Source: Candidatus Latescibacterota bacterium (GTDB taxonomy: Bacteria > Latescibacterota > UBA2968 > GCA-2709665). Taken from it: a DNA stretch of 64,000 nucleotides. The stretch lies in contig OZ242358.1 of assembly GCA_965208835.1 (NCBI GenBank), forward strand, positions 2,080,001 through 2,144,000. Reading direction: 5' to 3'. This document shows, in pieces, positions 58,291 through 64,000 of this stretch. The position numbers and the translations under genes were made by a program. Position 1 is the first letter of the stretch; the number at the start of each line of letters is the position of its first letter. The notes under the pieces were generated by a model that ran no database searches, had not been told where the DNA came from, and worked only from the letters and a program-made list of their open reading frames with translations.

Positions 58291-59505
58291 GTGTCGCATC
58301 TCGAAGTGCGGAACGCGACGGGCGGCGCGCCCAGGCGCGTCGCCGTCATCGCTACCATATATCGCTATCTTTCCCACGCGCAGCACATCGCGGACCGGTT
58401 CGTGGTCGGGTACCCGTATGAAGGACATTGGCGGCAGCCCGGCACGCGCATTGTGTCTCTCTATGTCGACCAGAAGCCGGAGGGCGACCAGAGCGAAGAC
58501 CGTGCGAGGGAGTTCGGGTATGACGTTTACGACACCATATCCGGGGCGCTGCGCTGCGGCACGGACAGGCTGGCGGTGGATGCGGTGCTGATCATCGGCG
58601 AGCACGGCGAGTACCCGAGTAACGACAAGGGGCAGAAACTCTATCCGAGGTATGAGTTTTTCAGGGAATGCGTCGACGTCTTCGAACAGGACGGTGTTTC
58701 CGTGCCGGTGTTCAACGACAAGCACCTCTCCTACAGCTTCGAAAGAGCCAGCGAAATGGTGGCTGATTCCCGCCGGATCGGCTTTCCGCTTCTGGCTGGA
58801 TCGTCCCTGCCGGTGGCCTTCCGGCTTCCCGACGTGGAACTTCCCCTGGAATGTCATATTCGGGAAGCCTTTATGGTGGGTGTTGGCAGTTCCGACGCGA
58901 TGGACTACCACGCCCTCGAGGCCATGCAGTGCATGGTCGAACGCCGGAAGGGCGGGGAAACCGGCGTCAGGGCCGTGCAAATGATCGAAGGTGACGCGGT
59001 CTGGCGTGCAGGCGACGAAGGCCGCTGGTCGCGGGACCTGCTGGAGGGAGCCCTTTCGCGCAGCGATTCGCCCTGCGGGCTGCCCGAAGAAGATGGCCGT
59101 ACCCGGGACATCCTCGGCGCCGGAGAGCTGCAGGGTCTCACGAAGAATCCCGCCGCCTACTTTATCGAGTACCGAGACGGCTTGAGGGCGACCCTGCTCA
59201 TGCTGAACGGGGCCGTGCGAGATTACTGCTTTGCCGCGCGGGTGGACGGATACGACACCCCGGTATCCACCCAGTTTCTGCTGACGCCCACGCCGAATGT
59301 CACCTATTCGGCCAGCCTGGTCCACAAGATCGTGGAAATGATCGAAAGCGGGAAAGCGCCCTACCCGCCTGAACGTACGCTCATCGTCTGCGGCATTCTC
59401 GAAGCCTGTCTCACTTCCAGGTTGCGGGGGCAGCTGCGTCTTGAGACACCCGACATCGACGTGACCTACACGGCGCCGGCGGAGTCACATCACGCGCGGG
59501 CGTGA
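58291..59505 (+). CDS. Uncharacterised oxidoreductase-like protein, paralog 2
   Basis: Same motif set as paralog 1 and directly abuts it. Confidence 0.8.
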   Translation: MSHLEVRNATGGAPRRVAVIATIYRYLSHAQHIADRFVVGYPYEGHWRQPGTRIVSLYVDQKPEGDQSEDRAREFGYDVYDTISGALRCGTDRLAVDAVLIIGEHGEYPSNDKGQKLYPRYEFFRECVDVFEQDGVSVPVFNDKHLSYSFERASEMVADSRRIGFPLLAGSSLPVAFRLPDVELPLECHIREAFMVGVGSSDAMDYHALEAMQCMVERRKGGETGVRAVQMIEGDAVWRAGDEGRWSRDLLEGALSRSDSPCGLPEEDGRTRDILGAGELQGLTKNPAAYFIEYRDGLRATLLMLNGAVRDYCFAARVDGYDTPVSTQFLLTPTPNVTYSASLVHKIVEMIESGKAPYPPERTLIVCGILEACLTSRLRGQLRLETPDIDVTYTAPAESHHARA

Positions 59506-59666
59506 CGATCACGGCCGTCGGTTCTTGGTCCCGGGCAGGCAAAAGGCTTGCCCGGGTTTCTTTGTTGTCTCAAGGATTTCTGCTGCGAAGCTGCGTGTAA
59601 TTTCGTAGTTTGTTGAAATTCGGCCGCCGACTTTCGAAAGGTATTCGAACACACGGGAGGTATGCC

Positions 59667-60764
59667 ATGAAAATGCAGGCGTCGGTACTGTTGGAGCCGC
59701 TCGAGCCCCTGGTCGTGGAGGACCTGGACCTGGAAGGGCCGAAACAGGACGAAGTCATGGTGCGGATGGTGGCCAGCGGGGTCTGTCACAGTTGCCTGCA
59801 CGTTGTTGACGGGGGCTGGAAAGGGTTTCCGATGCCGATGGTGCTGGGTGACGAAGGGGCCGGCGTGGTGGAGGAGGTGGGCCCCGGTGTGACGCACGTA
59901 AAGCCGGGCGATCACGTGATCCTTTCGTGGTCGCCGACCTGTGGCCGTTGTCACTATTGCGTTACCGGACTTTCGCACCTTTGCGAGCGCGGCGTGCCCT
60001 CCAACGGCGTGTTGATGGATGGTACCTCGAGAATGAAATTGCGCGGGGAAACGGTCTACCACTATGGGCCGGCGTGCAGCTTTTCGTCCTATTCGGTAAT
60101 GCCGGCGTCGTGCGCCGTACCCATTCGCGACGATATGCCGCTCGACGTGGCCGCGTTGATCGGGTGTTCCGTGATGACGGGCGTGGGCTCGGTGATCAAC
60201 ACCGCCGCGGTGAGGCCGGGGGCGAGCATGGCGGTTTTCGGATCGGGTGGAATCGGCCTGAACGCGGTCCAGGGTGGAACGCTGGTGCAGGCCCACCCCA
60301 TCATTGCCGTGGACATCAACCCCGCGAAGCTCGAATACGCGAAATCGTTCGGCGCCACCCACACGATCAACGCCGCCGAGGAGGATCCCGTGGAGGCGAT
60401 CCGCGACCTGACGGGTCGAGGCGCCGACTACTCCTTCGTGGCCGTGGGTGAGCCTCGGGTGATCAACCAGGCATGGGATTGCCTGGCGTCCAGGGGCCAG
60501 TGCGTGCTGATCGGATTGCCGCCAACCGGATCCACGGTAACGTTCGATACCGGGAACCTCCAGTCCAACGAGCGGATCATGCGGGGCTCCAGATACGGAA
60601 GCGCGAGAACGTGGGACGACTTTCCACGGATGGTGGAGCTCTATCTGGCAGGCAAACTCAAGATCGACGAACTGGTGACGCGGAAATACGGCGTGGACGA
60701 AGCGAACGAGGCCTTCGATGCGCTCGTGGCAGGGGAAGTGGCCCGGGGTCTGATCGTCTTCTGA
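59667..60764 (+). CDS. Zn-dependent alcohol dehydrogenase (MDR family)
   Basis: GVCHS; LGDEGAG (variant of GHE); structural Zn site CGRCHYC...C; GSGGIG. Confidence 0.92.
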   Translation: MKMQASVLLEPLEPLVVEDLDLEGPKQDEVMVRMVASGVCHSCLHVVDGGWKGFPMPMVLGDEGAGVVEEVGPGVTHVKPGDHVILSWSPTCGRCHYCVTGLSHLCERGVPSNGVLMDGTSRMKLRGETVYHYGPACSFSSYSVMPASCAVPIRDDMPLDVAALIGCSVMTGVGSVINTAAVRPGASMAVFGSGGIGLNAVQGGTLVQAHPIIAVDINPAKLEYAKSFGATHTINAAEEDPVEAIRDLTGRGADYSFVAVGEPRVINQAWDCLASRGQCVLIGLPPTGSTVTFDTGNLQSNERIMRGSRYGSARTWDDFPRMVELYLAGKLKIDELVTRKYGVDEANEAFDALVAGEVARGLIVF

Positions 60765-60829
60765 TCGGGTTGCCCCACAGTTTTCCGCGAAGCCGGTCTC
60801 CGATCGACTTCCTTGTCCCTTCAACCCGT

Positions 60830-61765
60830 CTATTCGTTCGATCGGTCGTCGCGCCAGGACGGCTCGGTCCATGTGTTGAACCAGTTCCACTTCCAGAGGA
60901 CCCGCTTCGAGGGCAGTTCGACTTCGTATTCCACTCCGGCCGTGAAAGGCAGAACGCGGGTCCTGTTTCCCACGGCTTCCCGAATCCATTCGATGAACGC
61001 GCCCGCGTCCGTGACGTCGGGCGGCCAGGTCCCGTGCGGGATCGGGTCGGACACGCGGTCGGTTCGATAGTGGATGGGTATAAGGAACTCCGGATCGACG
61101 GCGTCGATGCATTGAAGGAGTTTGTCCGTGCGGTCCTCGCCGCCCCATTCCGTCAGGCCCAACTTCATGTGGATGAGATAGGTGACCCTGCCGCGGAGTT
61201 TCTCGAGTGCGCGGTACGGTTCGGTGAGATCCCCAGTGTGCAGGAAGGAGACGCCGAGATCCCGCACCGTAACGAGGTATCCGCAGTTCGGCAGGTCGGG
61301 TCTCTGGTTTTCTCCGCTTTCGATGATGTCCACCTGAATGGCCCCGAGGTCCAGCTCGAAGGGACCGGGAAAGCTCCGGGACTCCCCGCCGACGTGGCTC
61401 AGGTGCCGTGGGAAGACCACCTGTACGAGATTCGGGTCCAGGTATTTGGTGATGGGGAGGTCCCGGTCGAACGCGGCATCGCGGTATTTTTCGTCCACGG
61501 GTAGATCGGGGTCGCAGCAACCGGGGCTGACAAAGATTTTCTTGAAGCGATCGCCGCGGCAGAGCCGGCGAAGCGTTCCCGGGTGGCAGTGATCGAAGTG
61601 TTCGTGGCTGATGAAGATATAGTCGAAATCAGGCGAAGCGCAGGTCAGATGCTCTCCGAACAGGTAGGGGTCGAAGGCGAAGTTGACCGCGTCCGTACGC
61701 ACTTCGAAACCGCCGCAACCGGTCCATTTGAGAAAAATCGGTTTCATCGAAGAGTCACTTGGCAT
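60830..61765 (-). CDS. MBL-fold metallo-hydrolase
   Basis: DPY, SHEHFDH, HTGD and IPIHY motifs. Confidence 0.85.
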   Translation of the reverse strand: MPSDSSMKPIFLKWTGCGGFEVRTDAVNFAFDPYLFGEHLTCASPDFDYIFISHEHFDHCHPGTLRRLCRGDRFKKIFVSPGCCDPDLPVDEKYRDAAFDRDLPITKYLDPNLVQVVFPRHLSHVGGESRSFPGPFELDLGAIQVDIIESGENQRPDLPNCGYLVTVRDLGVSFLHTGDLTEPYRALEKLRGRVTYLIHMKLGLTEWGGEDRTDKLLQCIDAVDPEFLIPIHYRTDRVSDPIPHGTWPPDVTDAGAFIEWIREAVGNRTRVLPFTAGVEYEVELPSKRVLWKWNWFNTWTEPSWRDDRSNE

Positions 61766-61924
61766 TGGGTGGATTCCGTTTCGTCAAGTCCGGTGGGCCC
61801 CGGATCCTCTTACGTCACCTCTCAATCACTCCCGTCCCGTTGCAGGTGCGTCCCCTTGCGGGCGCCCGTCCGGACAACATATCGACCGTGAATCGGAAAG
61901 CAAAGCACGGAATGGGGTGCACCT

Positions 61925-62467
61925 GTGGCACGACGCGCTGACACACACCGGAAGGGAGGCCGGTCCGGATGTTCGATCGCCCTCTTTGTCTACGGCACCC
62001 TCAAACGCGGGTACTCGAACCACGAGGACTACTGTCGCGGTGTGCTGGCGGTTGAAGAAGCGCTGGTCCGTGGATGCCTCTATATCCGGCCCGATCGGAT
62101 ACCGTTTCTCGAAGTGCCCTATGAGGATATCCTTGCCACAGGAACCGCCGATTCCACGGCCGACGCGGTCACACAGGTACGCTTTGCGCGTGACATCGAG
62201 CCTCGACTATTGACGGAAAGCCCGACCGTTCCGCCTGTGAGCGGCCGTGGCGTCGTGCGGGGGGAATTGCTCGAATTCGATGATCCTGAAACCCGCCTGC
62301 CCGCCATCGACCGCCTGGAAGGCTTCCGCCCCGGCGGTCGAAGCCTTTATCGCCGGGTGCTCGTGTCGGTACGTGCGAAAGAGTCGTTCACAGTCGCCTG
62401 GACTTACGCGGTGGAGACGAGACCTCTCCATTGGCCGGAACTGGGATCTGACTGTTGGACGGGGTGA
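61925..62467 (+). CDS. Gamma-glutamylcyclotransferase-family protein
   Basis: LFVYGTLKRG, VRGEL, IDRLEG, YRR and AWTY motifs. Confidence 0.82.
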   Translation: MARRADTHRKGGRSGCSIALFVYGTLKRGYSNHEDYCRGVLAVEEALVRGCLYIRPDRIPFLEVPYEDILATGTADSTADAVTQVRFARDIEPRLLTESPTVPPVSGRGVVRGELLEFDDPETRLPAIDRLEGFRPGGRSLYRRVLVSVRAKESFTVAWTYAVETRPLHWPELGSDCWTG

Positions 62468-62570
62468 ATATGCTGGTGCTCGCGCAAGATCCGTCGCACG
62501 GCAGCAAGCCCGGCAGTTCATCCACGTCGTTGAGGTGGCTGTGAGATTGACGCCACGTGCGAGCGGACAA

Positions 62571-62586
62571 TGGCACGCAGTTTGCA
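62571..62586 (+). promoter_or_regulatory. Sigma54 (-24/-12) promoter consensus
   Basis: TGGCACG-CAGT-TTGCA, an exact match to TGGCACG-N4-TTGCW, in an intergenic position. Confidence 0.55.
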
Positions 62587-62659
62587 AAGTTTTTTTACCA
62601 CTGAAAGAGTCGATGTGAGACGAATTCAGAACGATTCTGGATGAGGGGTTGATTTTATT

Positions 62660-62688
62660 TTGACATGTAACTATTAAATGGTTACTTT
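62660..62688 (+). promoter_or_regulatory. Sigma70-like promoter and palindromic operator of the TA operon
   Basis: TTGACA at 62660; inverted repeat GTAACTAT-N3-ATGGTTAC at 62667-62685. Confidence 0.55.
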
Positions 62689-62690
62689 GG

Positions 62691-62954
62691 ATGTATCAGA
62701 TCTTGATAAGGAGAAGTGTGCTGCGGCGTATTCATAGGCTGCCAGACTCGGTTCAACGAAAGGCAGCCAACCTGGTCGAGGACCTGCGGGACAACGGGCC
62801 GGTCAGAAACGATTGGCCCAACTATAGCAGGCTTGGACAGGATGAATATCACTGCCACCTCACGCGTGGGTGGGTCGTCTGTTGGAAATACAAGAAGGGC
62901 TCACAGATCATCGAGGTTTACTATGCAGGCAGTCGTGAAAACGCCCCGTATTGA
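62691..62954 (+). CDS. RelE/ParE-superfamily-like toxin
   Basis: 87-aa basic protein with WPNYSRL, YHCHL, WVVCW and IEVYYAGSRENAPY; overlaps an HTH gene (toxin-first layout). Confidence 0.65.
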   Translation: MYQILIRRSVLRRIHRLPDSVQRKAANLVEDLRDNGPVRNDWPNYSRLGQDEYHCHLTRGWVVCWKYKKGSQIIEVYYAGSRENAPY

Positions 62955-63291
62955 GATTCTCATCAGAGGGGAAATCCCCGACAAGCTGATGTCCGTGCTG
63001 AACGAGGAGTACGGTGAGCAGATTCGGTTTTCCGAAGCCAACACCGACGATCTCGTCGATATATTTGAGACCGATTGGTATGGAAGTATCAAATCAGGAA
63101 TGGCGCCTGGAGACAATCTGAAGACTTACCGGGAGAATCACGGGCTGACGTAGGCGAGGCTGGGTGAGTTGCTCGGCGGTGTTCCTCGACAGCATGTCTC
63201 GAATATGGAGCGGGATGTCCGTTCAATCAGCCTGAAGACCGCGCGAAAGCTGGCACAGATATTTCACGTGTCACCCGAGAAGTTCATTTAG
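62923..63291 (+). pseudogene. XRE/HigA-like HTH antitoxin interrupted by an in-frame TAG at 63151-63153
   Basis: ...PGDNLKTYRENHGLT*ARLGELLGGVPRQHVSNMERDVRSISLKTARKLAQIFHVSPEKFI; TAG sits at the conserved LTQ glutamine. Confidence 0.78.
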
Positions 63292-63344
63292 AACAATGCG
63301 TGGCGAAGAGAACACTACAGCCGCTTATTTGCGAATAGATAGAC

Positions 63345-64000
63345 ATGCCCCGTCTACGCTTTGTACATGCCGCTGATCTTCATCTCGATAGTCCGTTTGT
63401 CGGGATACATGCGGTCGCACCCGACAACGTGTCGAGCGCGCTGCGGGATGCGACATTCAGGGCATACGAGAATATCATCGACCTGTGCATCCACGAACAC
63501 GTCGACGCGCTGCTGGTCGCGGGCGACGTGTACGACTCGGCCGATCGGAGCCTGCGCGCCCAGCTCAAGTTCGTGGAGGGCTTGAGACGGCTCGACGATG
63601 CTGGGATACGTTCTTTCGTCTGCCACGGCAACCACGATCCGCTCGACGGTTGGGAGGCACGTCTGGACTACCCGACAGGATCTATGCGCTTCCTCGAGGA
63701 GGCACAGGCCGTGCCGATATTTGTAGACGATCCCCATCGCGCGGTTGTTCACGGCATAAGCTATTCCAAACGAGACGTCTACGACAACCTCGCGCAGCGT
63801 CTCGGCAGCGGCGATCCCGAAGCGTTTTCGATCGGCCTGGTGCACGCTAATGCAGGCAGCGACACCTCACATGTGAACTATGCGCCCTGCTCGCTCGACG
63901 ATCTTGAACGATCGGGAATGGACTATTGGGCGCTGGGACACGTGCATGCGAGACAGGTACTCAGTAAACGGTCCCCGACCGTGGTCTATCCGGGCAACCC
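63345..64000 (+). CDS. Mre11/SbcD-family (YhaO-like) DNA repair exonuclease, 3'-truncated by the window edge
   Basis: Translated by hand: HAADLHLDSPF, AGDVYD, GNHD, YWALGHVH and YPGN motifs. Confidence 0.9.
   Translation, partial: MPRLRFVHAADLHLDSPFVGIHAVAPDNVSSALRDATFRAYENIIDLCIHEHVDALLVAGDVYDSADRSLRAQLKFVEGLRRLDDAGIRSFVCHGNHDPLDGWEARLDYPTGSMRFLEEAQAVPIFVDDPHRAVVHGISYSKRDVYDNLAQRLGSGDPEAFSIGLVHANAGSDTSHVNYAPCSLDDLERSGMDYWALGHVHARQVLSKRSPTVVYPGN

Noticed and set aside
59537-59553. Weak sigma54-like GG-N10-GC on the minus strand
   Set aside because: Poor match that points antisense into a gene; a similar word occurs inside folD, so it is probably chance
59490-61520. 676-aa minus-strand ORF
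   Set aside because: It is antisense to the ADH and off-frame within the MBL gene; the sequence is low-complexity Arg/Pro/Gly
63151-63153. Genome-wide TAG recoding (Gln or pyrrolysine)
   Set aside because: Many conserved genes in the window end at TAG at their expected length, and no pyl genes or suppressor tRNA are seen
1-64000. tRNA, rRNA, transposase or integrase genes
   Set aside because: None recognised on either strand by inspection

Overview
GC-rich bacterial chromosomal window. Gene content suggests an FCB-related lineage such as Latescibacterota or Gemmatimonadota, but this is inference only. Positions 1-13.5 kb hold the S10-spc-alpha ribosomal protein superoperon (rplC 3' end to rplQ), with adk, map and infA missing after secY. 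Housekeeping genes follow: a GHL10 hydrolase, rlmD, greA, a DapA-like aldolase, a relocated adk, a beta-propeller/PP2C sensor, folD, a eukaryote-like large purL, rbsK, bamD, nadD and zapA. A long co-oriented run of catabolic genes spans 41.5-60.8 kb. The window ends with a RelE/XRE toxin-antitoxin pair whose antitoxin has an in-frame TAG, then a partial Mre11/SbcD-type nuclease. The main unexplained structure is 13 copies of short palindromic MITE-like elements in three families with different terminal inverted repeats. They often sit on stop codons, three lie inside the ribosomal operon, and all three families carry the same internal-loop motif (5'-C-RAG...GYA-G-3'). Other candidates are a ~200-nt structured RNA upstream of bamD, a greA leader attenuator, a small protein with an anti-SD leader, an apparently inactive GH38, and a sigma54 site before the TA module. 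All calls come from reading the sequence; no database searches were run.
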